From: Candidatus Woesearchaeota archaeon
GTDB taxonomy: Archaea; Nanobdellota; Nanobdellia; Woesearchaeales; GW2011-AR4
Direction of reading: 5' to 3'
Length of the DNA: 63,544 bases
Assembly: GCA_002688775.1 (NCBI GenBank)
Contig: NZDH01000016.1
Span: 1-63,544, forward strand
The notes under the pieces were generated by a model that searched no databases, was not told where the DNA came from, and worked only from the letters and a program-made list of their open reading frames with translations. Positions 19,058 through 28,429 of the stretch are shown here, piece after piece; within the stretch, counting starts at the first letter, position 1; each line of letters opens with the position of its first letter. Made by a program: the position numbers and the translations under genes.

Positions 19058-19225
19058 CTATCATAGGTGAAATAACCACTAGTATATAAATCTTTTGCTA
19101 TTGGTCAATAGTAACAAAATAGGTAATAGGTAAGTGGGTTTATAAAGGGTTATATATAGTAGGTAGAATTTGGCTGAATTAGGGGTTAAAAAAGGGAGAT
19201 TTGGTGTTTGGGTATAGGGGCTTAT

Positions 19226-19474
19226 TTATTTGTAAATATTCCTTCTGTGGCCGGCCTCAATAACAAAAATCATTAACTTATTTTCTTTTATATCTAAAAT
19301 AACCCTATAGTCGCCTACTCTTAAACCATAATATGGCCCTACTAACTTTTTAACATGAGCATGCGGTCTTATCCTGCATCTTTCAAGTGTAGAGACTATT
19401 CTAACTTGTATATCTTTATTTAGTTTTTTTATTTGTTTAAAAAATCTATCAGAATATATTAATTTGTACATCAT
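19226..19474 (-). CDS. relE: RelE/ParE-family type II toxin
   Basis: 82 aa. ...KKLVGPYYGLRVGDYRVILDIKENKLMIFVIEAGHRRNIYK. 4-nt overlap with the upstream antitoxin. Confidence 0.75.
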   Translation of the reverse strand: MMYKLIYSDRFFKQIKKLNKDIQVRIVSTLERCRIRPHAHVKKLVGPYYGLRVGDYRVILDIKENKLMIFVIEAGHRRNIYK

Positions 19475-19689
19475 AGTCCGAGCTTCTTCTTAAGTTGCTC
19501 ATGAGTAATATATTTACCTTCCTTGAATTCCTTCTCAGCTTGCTTTATATGTCTCTTTGTTTGTTCAGACAATTCAAGAGTATCTTCCAATAAATCCCAA
19601 ATAATATCTTCATAACTTTCTTTATCATACATTTTTCTGATTTTAAGTTCTTTCATCAGTTTATTAGTTACTTGAATTGTAGTTGCCAT
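19471..19689 (-). CDS. Cognate antitoxin (small helical protein)
   Basis: 72 aa, directly upstream of and overlapping the RelE-like gene. C-terminus ...KYITHEQLKKKLGL. Confidence 0.6.
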   Translation of the reverse strand: MATTIQVTNKLMKELKIRKMYDKESYEDIIWDLLEDTLELSEQTKRHIKQAEKEFKEGKYITHEQLKKKLGL

Positions 19690-19785
19690 AGCAATTATAT
19701 AGGTTGCTATAGTATATAAACCTTTCGATTTTTAGAGTTCAAATTACTGAAAAACTTTATATATCTCCTTTAAACTATTTCTTAT

Positions 19786-20361
19786 ATGGTTGGCAACATT
19801 CCGAATTACACTAAAATTGATGTTCTTCGATGTTTTTTAAGGCTTGAAAAGAACATCGGAAGGCAGGATCTGGCAGATGAGCTTGACCTTGGAGAGGGCA
19901 CTGTAAGGACAATTTTAGATGTCTTAAAGTCCAAGAAATTGATCGATTCCACAAAAAAAGGGCATTTCCTGAGCAGGAAAGGGGTTGAAATCTTAAAAAA
20001 TATTTTTGAATCTGTCAGTTTGCCTAAAGCAGTTGAAGTAAAAAATATCTATCCTGAATTTCGGAAAGTTGCTATTAATATAAGGAAAGCTCCTGCACTG
20101 AATGGATTATATAAACTTAGAGATTTGGCTGTCAAGAACGGAGCTGATGGCGCAATAATATTAAAATTTGAAAACAAGCTTTATGCTCCTGAATCTGATG
20201 TTGAACGGGATTTTGGAGAGCTAGAAAAATATTTTGAATTAAAAAATAAAGATGTTTTAGTTGTTGCTTTTGCTAACAATAAAAAAGATGCTGAGAATGG
20301 AGCTTTTGCGATTGCTGTTGAGCTGAATAGTGAATTGGGGAAGTTTGTTGAGGGGGTTTGA
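19786..20361 (+). CDS. Winged-helix domain protein with an uncharacterised C-terminal domain
   Basis: 191 aa. IGRQDLADELDLGEGTVRTILDVLKSKKLI is HTH-like. Host-like composition. Confidence 0.5.
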   Translation: MVGNIPNYTKIDVLRCFLRLEKNIGRQDLADELDLGEGTVRTILDVLKSKKLIDSTKKGHFLSRKGVEILKNIFESVSLPKAVEVKNIYPEFRKVAINIRKAPALNGLYKLRDLAVKNGADGAIILKFENKLYAPESDVERDFGELEKYFELKNKDVLVVAFANNKKDAENGAFAIAVELNSELGKFVEGV

Positions 20362-20374
20362 TGGGTTTGTTTTA

Positions 20375-21520
20375 CTACAATTCACTCAAAGGAACCAGCA
20401 TTGTTGTACTTCCAAATATTCTTTGTAAGGCAATTAGATAATGTTCTGGTATATCTAATCCTACTGCTTCTTCTTTCTTAACTTGCTGGAGGTGATGTGC
20501 TGGATCATTCGGATCAATCTCATTTCTATAATATTGGTCTCTGTCAACTAGCTGGATTTCTCTTGTAACTTCAGGATGCGACTTGGCAGTTACTTTTCCA
20601 ATAAATTTGTAACTTCTGAATCCGTTCTCTTTTGGTTCATCATAATAATCCTCCATCTTAATAATCTTTATCCCAGATCTTCTTATACTTGATGCTTGTT
20701 TTAAATCTCTAGCAAATTCATGTACTTCATCTTCTGTTGCCAACCCAACTCTATGAGCTGCTCCGTCACTTACTACGTCATCTTCATCTATAACTCTTTG
20801 GACCAATGTTCTTGTGTTTTTTCTTTTGAATGATCGTTTTAATCTGTAGCTTACAAAAGGTGGACTATGAGTTCTGTAATGTTCGAAAGAAGGCAATTCA
20901 ACTCTGTGAATGTCCACATATCCGACATTATTTCTGTCGACAGTTTCTGTTACTAATGGCAACAATTGTGTAGTATCTAATACCTCATCTTGCATAAATG
21001 GAAGTAAATCCCGGTCATTAAAGTAAAAAAACTTAGAACCCTCTATTAAGAACCCTTCAATTCCACGTCCTTGCAGACTTTCTCTTTGATGCGATAAGAA
21101 TTCCCCTGTTTTTGTTCGGGCCATATAGTCATCAATAGTTTCCCTATAGCCATCAGCCGATCCTGGAATGCTGTGAGCCCGATATAATTCGTGAGGGTTG
21201 GTTCCAAGATCAATTCCAAGTGTACTTTTATGCTCCTCATCACCTACAAATTTTCCATTAACTACTAACACAACACGTTTAGTTGGGCCTTTTCCTAGAA
21301 CTTCCTGTGCAAGATCCAAAGCAAATGAATAAGTTGAATTGTCTAATACAGCTTTAACATATTGAAATTCTTGTTCAGCATCTGATAATAATTGAGCGTC
21401 TAACTTTTGATGATTTCCTGTTCTAATTCCCCTACGTATAATGCCCATTGCTCTGTAAAGAGGATTACTTGGCCTCGAATAATTTCTCATAATGTTAGGT
21501 TCATTATATTTTGTTCCCAT
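20375..21520 (-). CDS. Foreign-composition protein with a C-terminal RelA/SpoT (RSH) synthetase-like nucleotidyltransferase domain
   Basis: 381 aa. The motif blocks occur in canonical order: YRLKRSFKRK (225-234), DGAAHRVGL (252-260), EDYYDEPKENGFRSYKF (290-306), EIQLVDRDQYY (321-331). The N-terminal ~220 aa are unassigned. Confidence 0.6.
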   Translation of the reverse strand: MGTKYNEPNIMRNYSRPSNPLYRAMGIIRRGIRTGNHQKLDAQLLSDAEQEFQYVKAVLDNSTYSFALDLAQEVLGKGPTKRVVLVVNGKFVGDEEHKSTLGIDLGTNPHELYRAHSIPGSADGYRETIDDYMARTKTGEFLSHQRESLQGRGIEGFLIEGSKFFYFNDRDLLPFMQDEVLDTTQLLPLVTETVDRNNVGYVDIHRVELPSFEHYRTHSPPFVSYRLKRSFKRKNTRTLVQRVIDEDDVVSDGAAHRVGLATEDEVHEFARDLKQASSIRRSGIKIIKMEDYYDEPKENGFRSYKFIGKVTAKSHPEVTREIQLVDRDQYYRNEIDPNDPAHHLQQVKKEEAVGLDIPEHYLIALQRIFGSTTMLVPLSEL

Positions 21521-21610
21521 TTTGAAACAATCAAATCACCATGAGTGTTATTTAAACCTTTCTGTTTGTACTACTAGAAGGTGGTGTTGATTTATTTTAG
21601 AAATAAATTA

Positions 21611-23179
21611 TCACATTAATAACGATCGTGCTATTCCTTTATATCGACTTGAGCTTAATCCACGGTTCGGTGAATTTAAATCAGCCACATGCTGCCAATA
21701 ATTTGGCATGAGGCTTCTGAGCGCTTCTACTCCTTCAAGAGTAAAAAACTTATGTTTTTCCGGATCAAGTTGATCCACATCATCTAATGGTGTTACTCTT
21801 CCGTCTGAATTGGGCGCATTAACGCCATAAGTTCTGAGAAATCCAAGAATGGCTTCCCTGAAATCTCTGGTGTGTCGATAATTTTGCTGGCGCAATTCAG
21901 GATGGTCATCAAGTGATTGGATCACTTTTCTTGGCAAGGGATCCCATACCATCCAATCTCGTGCAGGCCCATATATTGTAAGTCCTCCGTAGAAGTTGCC
22001 TCTTTGTTTGCTTCTTATTTCATCATCAACTGTATGTTTAATTCTTGCAATTTCAGGAAATTTTTCATAAAATCCAATGACTTGGTCTGATAATTCTAAT
22101 GTTGCTCGTCCCATTTCTCTTGTGCTGACAATCGCTAACCATTGTAGGGCTGCAGTTCTACTTGCTCTTAAAGTTCCCAATATATATGGGGGGAGTTCAT
22201 TAAAAGTTTCACTTGCATGGTGCAATGGCAAAATCGATTCGAAAACCATCCTAATTCTTTCAGCACCTGACATAGGTACTGCATGATCCCTAACTGTGCC
22301 ATACATTTCTCTCAAATACTGGCCTGTTTCGTCTGTGTCGTTAAACGCTTTATATATCCCTCTTTGAGTTACAGGTCTAACCAACTGCCCTGTTTCCCTC
22401 ATATTTACATTTCTGTCAGCATTCTTTATCGAAATTCTTCTAAAAGTTACATCAGGATGTTCCTTGGCGCTAGGTGCTACATCAAATCTCCTATATTGAT
22501 CTCCAACGGAAAAAGGATAAGGACTTCTATCAGGAAATCGCGTGACCCCAAAAATAAGATGGGCCGCTCCGGTTATACTTTGTTCAAGATCTTCTCTTTT
22601 AGATGCTCTAACACTAGGAGGTATGTACCCCATTAATTCTGTCCTTATTTCGTCCCTTTTTCTGGATATTGTTTCTTGTAGCTGCACAGTAAGAGCTTCT
22701 CTTTTTTCATGATTACCTTCAATTGTCGCAGATCTCCACCCCTCATTTAAAATCTGCACTTCTGCATCATCTTCTGGCCTATCATGCCCTGTGTGTCCCA
22801 GCAGAATCATGAAATCAAGCGGGACATTTGCAAGTTTGGAATTTCTCAGTGCTTCAACTACATTTCTGTCAATATGTGAGAATGCGTGCAAGCCGCTATT
22901 TCTTCTAGGCCCAAGTGATTTTGCAGCTTCTCTGGTTGAATCTTCAAATCTTTGTGCTATTTCATATTCCGCACCACTTAACCAATCTGGAAACCGGGAA
23001 AAACTTTCCTGAAAGGATTCTCTGTCAAAAATGCTGCCAATATGATAACCGTCAACTACAACAAATTTTCTGCCTTGTTGCCCATCCTGAACAGAATATC
23101 CGGAAGCGCTTGTAGGACTATACCTACCGAGAGATTGTGTTAAGAATTCTAATCCCCTTCTTACTATTGGTAAATCCAT
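21611..23179 (-). CDS. Foreign-composition 522-aa protein with degenerate metallophosphoesterase (ApaH/PPP-like) motif spacing
   Basis: FSHIDR (100-105), LLGHTGHDRP (126-135) and GNHE (155-158) have the spacing of GDxHG/GDxxDRG/GNH[ED]. The remaining ~360 aa are unassigned. Lies 90 nt upstream of the RSH-like gene on the same strand. Confidence 0.5.
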   Translation of the reverse strand: MDLPIVRRGLEFLTQSLGRYSPTSASGYSVQDGQQGRKFVVVDGYHIGSIFDRESFQESFSRFPDWLSGAEYEIAQRFEDSTREAAKSLGPRRNSGLHAFSHIDRNVVEALRNSKLANVPLDFMILLGHTGHDRPEDDAEVQILNEGWRSATIEGNHEKREALTVQLQETISRKRDEIRTELMGYIPPSVRASKREDLEQSITGAAHLIFGVTRFPDRSPYPFSVGDQYRRFDVAPSAKEHPDVTFRRISIKNADRNVNMRETGQLVRPVTQRGIYKAFNDTDETGQYLREMYGTVRDHAVPMSGAERIRMVFESILPLHHASETFNELPPYILGTLRASRTAALQWLAIVSTREMGRATLELSDQVIGFYEKFPEIARIKHTVDDEIRSKQRGNFYGGLTIYGPARDWMVWDPLPRKVIQSLDDHPELRQQNYRHTRDFREAILGFLRTYGVNAPNSDGRVTPLDDVDQLDPEKHKFFTLEGVEALRSLMPNYWQHVADLNSPNRGLSSSRYKGIARSLLM

Positions 23180-23326
23180 TGTTAAACTAATGTTTTGCTA
23201 AATTACAGCAAACAATCTATCTTTTCGTTTTCTCCTCTTATTTCAACAACCCCCAATAGCGATAAAGTGATTTCTTACTTTAAAAAGCTATGCCTTTTGG
23301 ATTATATAAATTATATAGAACCAGAT

Positions 23327-24769
23327 TTAGTAGCTCTTCCCGAAAACAGCCCATGATTTTGCTTCTTTTCCGCATTGTACGCACTTGCCTTGCGCTTGCT
23401 TTTGCTCAAAAGGGATACACCTGCATGATGCGCCTTCAGCCTTGTCTTTAATCAAGTCTTCGCAGCCCATGCTGCCGCAGAATAAGACTTTGGCCATCTT
23501 TTTGTCTTTAATCGCTTTAATAAAATCATCAAAATTCTTGACTTCAACAATACTTTTTGTCAGATATTCTTTTGCTTTCTTGAACATTGAATCCTGCATG
23601 TCATCCAAAGCCTGCTCGATTTTTTTCTCCCAGTCTTTTGTTTTTATCTCGATTTTTTCATTAGTGTCTCTTCTTACAATTACAAGCTTGTCAGCTTCCA
23701 CTTCTTTTGGGCCGATCTCTATTCTTAGCGGAATCCCTTTCAGTTCCCATTCATTGAATTTCCAGCCGGGGGTATAGCCATCCCTGTCATCAAGCAAAAC
23801 ATTATAGTTTTTTGATCTTAATTTTTTTATAATATCTTTTGCTTTTGCAACTATTGGGTCTTTGTTGCCTTTGAATACAATTGGAACAACAACAAATTGT
23901 ATAGGGGCTATTTTTGGAGGCAAGACCAGGCCTTTATCATCCCCATGGACCATGACAATCGCGCCGATTGTTCTTGTGCTTAAGCCCCATGAAGTTGTCC
24001 AGGCAAATTTTTCCTTTTCGTCCTTATCAAGAAATTTTATTCCGAATGGCTTTGAGAAGTTTTGGCCAAGAAAATGCGATGTGCCCATCTGCAGTGCCTT
24101 GCCGTCTGGCATGAACGCTTCAACTGCGGTTGTGTAATCAGCTCCTGCAAATTTTTCCTTTTCTGTTTTTTTGCCTGCAATTACTGGAATTGCCATAAAA
24201 GTTTCAATCAGATCGGTATATTCAAATAATTGCTGCATTACTTCTTTTTCAGCTTCTTCTTTTGTTGCATGCGCTGTATGGCCTTCCTGCCATAGGAATT
24301 CCCTTGTTCTTAGGAATGGCTTTGCATGCTTGAATTCCCATCTTACAACTGAATTCCATTGGTTAAGCAATAAAGGCAAGTCCCTCCATGATCTTATCCA
24401 TTTTGCATAGCTTTCGTACATCACTGTTTCTGATGTCGGCCTTATCGCCAGTTTCTCCTGCAATTCTGAATTTCCGCCTCTTGTTACCCATGCAACTTCC
24501 GGTGTAAAGCCTTCAAAATGGTCTGCCTCTTTTTTCAGCAAACTTTCCGGTATAAACATCGGGAAATAACAGTTCTTGTGGCCTGATCTTTTTATCTTGT
24601 CATCAAAAATTCTTTGAATTTTTTCCCAAATAGAATAAGAGTTTGGCTTGAAGACAATGCAGCCAGAGACAGAGCTGTAATCAATCATATCTGCCTTTAG
24701 AACAACCTGATTGTACCACTCATTAAAATCTTCAGATTTTTTTACATTAAGACCTAGTTTTTCTTCCAT
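23327..24769 (-). CDS. proS: Prolyl-tRNA synthetase (archaeal/eukaryotic type with C-terminal Zn-binding domain)
   Basis: 480 aa. FNEWYNQVVLKADMIDY..., class II motifs, C-terminal Cys cluster and ...FGKSY end. Confidence 0.92.
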   Translation of the reverse strand: MEEKLGLNVKKSEDFNEWYNQVVLKADMIDYSSVSGCIVFKPNSYSIWEKIQRIFDDKIKRSGHKNCYFPMFIPESLLKKEADHFEGFTPEVAWVTRGGNSELQEKLAIRPTSETVMYESYAKWIRSWRDLPLLLNQWNSVVRWEFKHAKPFLRTREFLWQEGHTAHATKEEAEKEVMQQLFEYTDLIETFMAIPVIAGKKTEKEKFAGADYTTAVEAFMPDGKALQMGTSHFLGQNFSKPFGIKFLDKDEKEKFAWTTSWGLSTRTIGAIVMVHGDDKGLVLPPKIAPIQFVVVPIVFKGNKDPIVAKAKDIIKKLRSKNYNVLLDDRDGYTPGWKFNEWELKGIPLRIEIGPKEVEADKLVIVRRDTNEKIEIKTKDWEKKIEQALDDMQDSMFKKAKEYLTKSIVEVKNFDDFIKAIKDKKMAKVLFCGSMGCEDLIKDKAEGASCRCIPFEQKQAQGKCVQCGKEAKSWAVFGKSY

Positions 24770-24814
24770 TAAAAGTTAAACTAGCCAATTGATATATAAA
24801 GATTATCAAAAAAT

Positions 24815-25000
24815 TTACTGTTTGAACCAGACTGTTGCCAGGTAAATCGCACCTACAACAAATATTATCCACAGAACGGTGGTCCAGCTGCTGAATATCG
24901 CCGGCCAAGTAGTTCCGACTGCGACACCGAAAGCCATCATGGTAAGCTTAAAGATGCTTCCCTGCCACCATTTCAATGTTATGTCCTTAAAAATGTTCAT
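24815..25000 (-). CDS. Small membrane protein
   Basis: 61 aa with two hydrophobic helices. Confidence 0.4.
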   Translation of the reverse strand: MNIFKDITLKWWQGSIFKLTMMAFGVAVGTTWPAIFSSWTTVLWIIFVVGAIYLATVWFKQ

Positions 25001-25045
25001 TTTGTCTCACCTCGTGTTGATTTTCTTAATATTATCTATTAATAT

Positions 25046-25623
25046 TTATCTATTATGGGATCTTCTTATGATAAGCACTAGAACAATTAAAGAATTTGTA
25101 ACTATCAAAGATGCTGGGTAAAGCCAAGTAACGACTACATAAGTGTTAAGGGCAAAAATACCAGCAATCCATTTGATAGAACTTAAGGCGAAATATGTTG
25201 CGCTTTCTTCAAGGGGCTTGTAATAGCTCTTGTATGAAGTTAATAAACTAGCCAATGCGTCTGTTATTGTTACCAAAATTACAGAAAGTAGAGGTTCTTT
25301 CGTGATCCACCAAAGTAATATTGCTAGTAAGGCTGAAGCGAAAAACCCCCAATCAAGTTTACTAAACTTCTTTTCTCCTTTAAACAAAGCCAAAACAGAA
25401 ATTATAAAACTAGCAAGAGCGGTAATTCCCATCGCCCATGCACCAGCACCTGCGCCTTTTACTATTTGTGCTACAAAGGCTGTACTCTGTAAAACCCCCA
25501 GATAAACCATGAAAAAGCATGGGGTTTTATTTTCCCTGCAGATATCTGTCTAAAATAAATAATATAACTTACAAAAGCTATAAGAACAGATAAATATCCC
25601 AATAAAATTTTAAATTCGATCAT
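25046..25623 (-). pseudogene. Multi-TM membrane protein gene split by a -1 frame change at a G5 run (plus-strand C5 at 25495-25499). The ORF track shows only 25046-25510.
   Basis: The upstream frame from ATG 25623 reads MIEFKILLGYLSVLIAFVSYIIYFRQISAGKIKPHAFSWFIWG. The downstream frame continues VLQSTAFVAQIVKGAGAGAW... One extra G gives a 193-codon frame (192 aa plus stop). Confidence 0.55.
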
Positions 25624-25649
25624 GCTAATTTCTCTTTCACCATTTTTTA

Positions 25650-26234
25650 TTATAGCAATGATCCGATTGTATTCAAGATACCTTCAAACATCAATTCAAC
25701 TGCATAAGCAGCTATTATTAACCCCATGACTCTGGAAATAATAGTTGTCCAGTGTTTTCCTAAAACTTTGTACAATCTTATGGAGTTCAATAAAACAATC
25801 CATGTTACAAATAAAGTCAGGAATGCTGCTATGGAAGTAACAAGAATGCCAAATTGATTAACAAGTAAAATAGTTGCTGTAATGACTCCTGGGCCTGTAA
25901 GCAACGGAGTTGCAATTGGGACACTTAAGTCTTCATCATGGTGACCGAAATATTTGCTAGAGATTCCCAAAATATAAGTTATTCCGATTATTAATAGTAA
26001 AATACCTCCTGCTATTTGAAAACTGTTTATACTAATTCCAATAAAATTAAAAATACTGATCCCAAAAAGGAGAAAAACAAAAAGTATAATGCCTGCAACA
26101 AAAATACATCTTTTATAGATTTTCCGGATCTCTATAGAAGGCGTGCCTTTTGTCAAACTTATGAATAATGGGAGACTTGCAAAAGGATTCATAATTACTA
26201 ACAAAGTAATAAAAGACTCGAGTAGGCCTTCCAT
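25650..26234 (-). CDS. MarC-family (UPF0056) integral membrane protein
   Basis: 194 aa. LLVIMNPFASLPLFISLT... and about 6 TM segments. Confidence 0.8.
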   Translation of the reverse strand: MEGLLESFITLLVIMNPFASLPLFISLTKGTPSIEIRKIYKRCIFVAGIILFVFLLFGISIFNFIGISINSFQIAGGILLLIIGITYILGISSKYFGHHDEDLSVPIATPLLTGPGVITATILLVNQFGILVTSIAAFLTLFVTWIVLLNSIRLYKVLGKHWTTIISRVMGLIIAAYAVELMFEGILNTIGSLL

Positions 26235-26274
26235 TGTATTTTAGAAGATATTTTTTATTTTATTGTTTGGTGGA

Positions 26275-26697
26275 TTATTTCTTAGGCGGTGCTTTTGAAG
26301 CAGTTTTCTTGATATTGAATTTTTTCTTTGGCAATAGAATAAACAGTGAAATGCCTACGACAATTATCGTGTATATGATTGAAAATCTCACTATAGATGT
26401 GGCATCTACTGCATTATAGGCATAAAAGATAAGGCTTACCATGCCTGCAAAGAACAGAATGGGTGCCAAAGTATGATATCCCATCTTTTCTGTCTGAAAA
26501 TAAACCCAGGAAATCAAGAAAAATGAAATTGTTGTAATAAATAAAAACACAACGACAATGTTCATGTACCTTATGCTTTCAAAATGTATTGTTGAGTAGA
26601 TTGAGATGTATAACGTGAAAAAATAAGCTGCCAGGATAGAAATATAATAAAACCATTTAGGGGGCTGATTCTTTGGAACCTCTTTTTTACTAGCCAT
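26275..26697 (-). CDS. Hypothetical 4-TM membrane protein
   Basis: 140 aa, hydrophobic, host-like composition. Confidence 0.5.
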   Translation of the reverse strand: MASKKEVPKNQPPKWFYYISILAAYFFTLYISIYSTIHFESIRYMNIVVVFLFITTISFFLISWVYFQTEKMGYHTLAPILFFAGMVSLIFYAYNAVDATSIVRFSIIYTIIVVGISLFILLPKKKFNIKKTASKAPPKK

Positions 26698-26729
26698 CTT
26701 ATATTTTATTAGATGTTAAATATTTAAAT

Positions 26730-27668
26730 CTATTGATTCTGCTGGGCTTCATAATCAGATATTATTTTGTTGACAACACTTTCTACTTCATTTGAGGAAA
26801 TTGCAAAGCCAAGGCTTTCAAAACCTCCGACCTTGAAGTTATTTATGCCGATGATTTGGCCCTTGTTGTTTAACAAAGGTCCGCCTGAATTTCCTGGATT
26901 GATTGGAACATCAACTTGAAGATAGTTAATTCCATTAAAATCCCTGAAAGCGCTTACAATCCCTTCTGTTACTGTAAATGACAAGCCAGCTGGATTGCCT
27001 GCTGCAATTACTTTTTGGCCAACGCTGACATCATCAGAATCTCCAAATTCCAAGGCTTTTAAGTCAGGAGCATCTACTTTTAATACAGCAATATCGGCAG
27101 CTGAATCAAAGCCAACTAGTGTATTGACATCGTATGTGTCTTCAGAGTAGGTTGTTACTCTTACCCTAGATGCTCCGCTTATGACATGTACGTTTGTTAC
27201 AACATAACCTTTTGAATCTATAATGACGCCACTCCCCTGGCCGACATTGGTCCCGACACTAACAACAGACTGCAAAACATCATCAACAATAGCAGAGAAA
27301 TCATCGCTTTTTATCCTTATATTCTTGACTTCATTTTTTAATTCGCTCAACTGAATGTTGCTTTGTTCTTCTATCTGATCTATCAAGTCTGACAATGTGA
27401 TTATGTCCTGTTGGTTCTGTTTCTTGAAATTTTTAAGGCTTGTATCGACAAGTCCTATCTGTGATGATAGGTTAAGCCCGAGCTCTTCAATTAATGTTGT
27501 TAATACCAGCAAATTTGCATCCGTTTGTCTGCTTAATTCCAGTATTCTTGTTTCATAATCCTGCCTTACTAAATCCATATGATAATTTACATAATAAATT
27601 ATCCCTGATGTCAGGAGTAAGACCAGTATGACAACAACAATGATATTTTTTATTTTTTTAGTTACCAT
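26730..27668 (-). CDS. Membrane-anchored trypsin-like serine protease (S1C/HtrA-like, no PDZ domain)
   Basis: 312 aa. N-terminal TM and coiled coil. Catalytic triad contexts TNVHV, DIAVLKV, GNSGGPL. Confidence 0.8.
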   Translation of the reverse strand: MVTKKIKNIIVVVILVLLLTSGIIYYVNYHMDLVRQDYETRILELSRQTDANLLVLTTLIEELGLNLSSQIGLVDTSLKNFKKQNQQDIITLSDLIDQIEEQSNIQLSELKNEVKNIRIKSDDFSAIVDDVLQSVVSVGTNVGQGSGVIIDSKGYVVTNVHVISGASRVRVTTYSEDTYDVNTLVGFDSAADIAVLKVDAPDLKALEFGDSDDVSVGQKVIAAGNPAGLSFTVTEGIVSAFRDFNGINYLQVDVPINPGNSGGPLLNNKGQIIGINNFKVGGFESLGFAISSNEVESVVNKIISDYEAQQNQ

Positions 27669-27669
27669 T

Positions 27670-27966
27670 TCAATCTTTTACCTTGTATTCTACATCTACA
27701 TATTCTTTTTGGCTTTTTTTATGCTTTTTGTTTAATGATCTAAGTTTTAATGCCCCTATCAAAAACATCAGCAATGAAAACAGGATTACCAACAGGATGA
27801 TTCCAACAGACAATGCTATTATTCCCCCCACAATGATCAAGTACCATTTTGAAATAAATGTCAATACTGCCCACCCCTTGTCTCGTGAATAGAGGAATAT
27901 AAAATAGATTATGATAAGGCTGAATATTGTTCCAAATCCGAAATTCCACTGTTTTCTTACCTGCAT
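27670..27966 (-). CDS. Small membrane protein
   Basis: 98 aa, 2-3 TM segments, abuts both neighbours. Confidence 0.45.
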   Translation of the reverse strand: MQVRKQWNFGFGTIFSLIIIYFIFLYSRDKGWAVLTFISKWYLIIVGGIIALSVGIILLVILFSLLMFLIGALKLRSLNKKHKKSQKEYVDVEYKVKD

Positions 27967-28349
27967 TATTTTACAAAATTTTTCTGCAAAAATAACGACA
28001 TTTGCTTGTTGTCCGCTGCTTCATACGCTTTTGCAGCCAGATCATATTTGTTTAACTTGATGCACATTAACGCTGCTTCGTTTAGCTTTTGCTTATCCTT
28101 TGTCGGTATAAAACAAAGTGTTGCAAGTTCTGTTTTTCTTTCCTGCAAAAATAAATCCCCTAGTTTTATCAGTCTTTCTGTGTCTCCGCTTTTTGTTATG
28201 ATTTCAATCGCTTCCAAAAGCTTGCCCTGCTTGAAAAGCTTGTTCCCGACATCGGTGAGAATGTTCTTTCTTGACTTTTCATCAAGCATTGAAAGGCTTA
28301 CTGAGTTAATTCCCTCTTTTAGGATCTTTTCCACAATGGGGTTTTCCAT
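27966..28349 (-). CDS. Hypothetical helical-repeat (TPR-like) protein
   Basis: 127 aa, helical, host-like composition. Confidence 0.5.
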   Translation of the reverse strand: MENPIVEKILKEGINSVSLSMLDEKSRKNILTDVGNKLFKQGKLLEAIEIITKSGDTERLIKLGDLFLQERKTELATLCFIPTKDKQKLNEAALMCIKLNKYDLAAKAYEAADNKQMSLFLQKNFVK

Positions 28350-28429
28350 AGTGTGTCAATTGTAGTTTCATATTAAATATTTTGCTATAATCTCCATTAT
28401 AACCTGTACATTTTATAGAAAACAAGTAT

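Noticed and set aside
18369-19070. 233-aa Ser-rich ORF on the + strand (also 18048-18317)
   Set aside because: It is the antisense shadow of the acidic D/E-rich surface-protein gene. GAA/GAT/GAG codons read in reverse as Ser/Phe/Ile-rich frames, and the result is low complexity.
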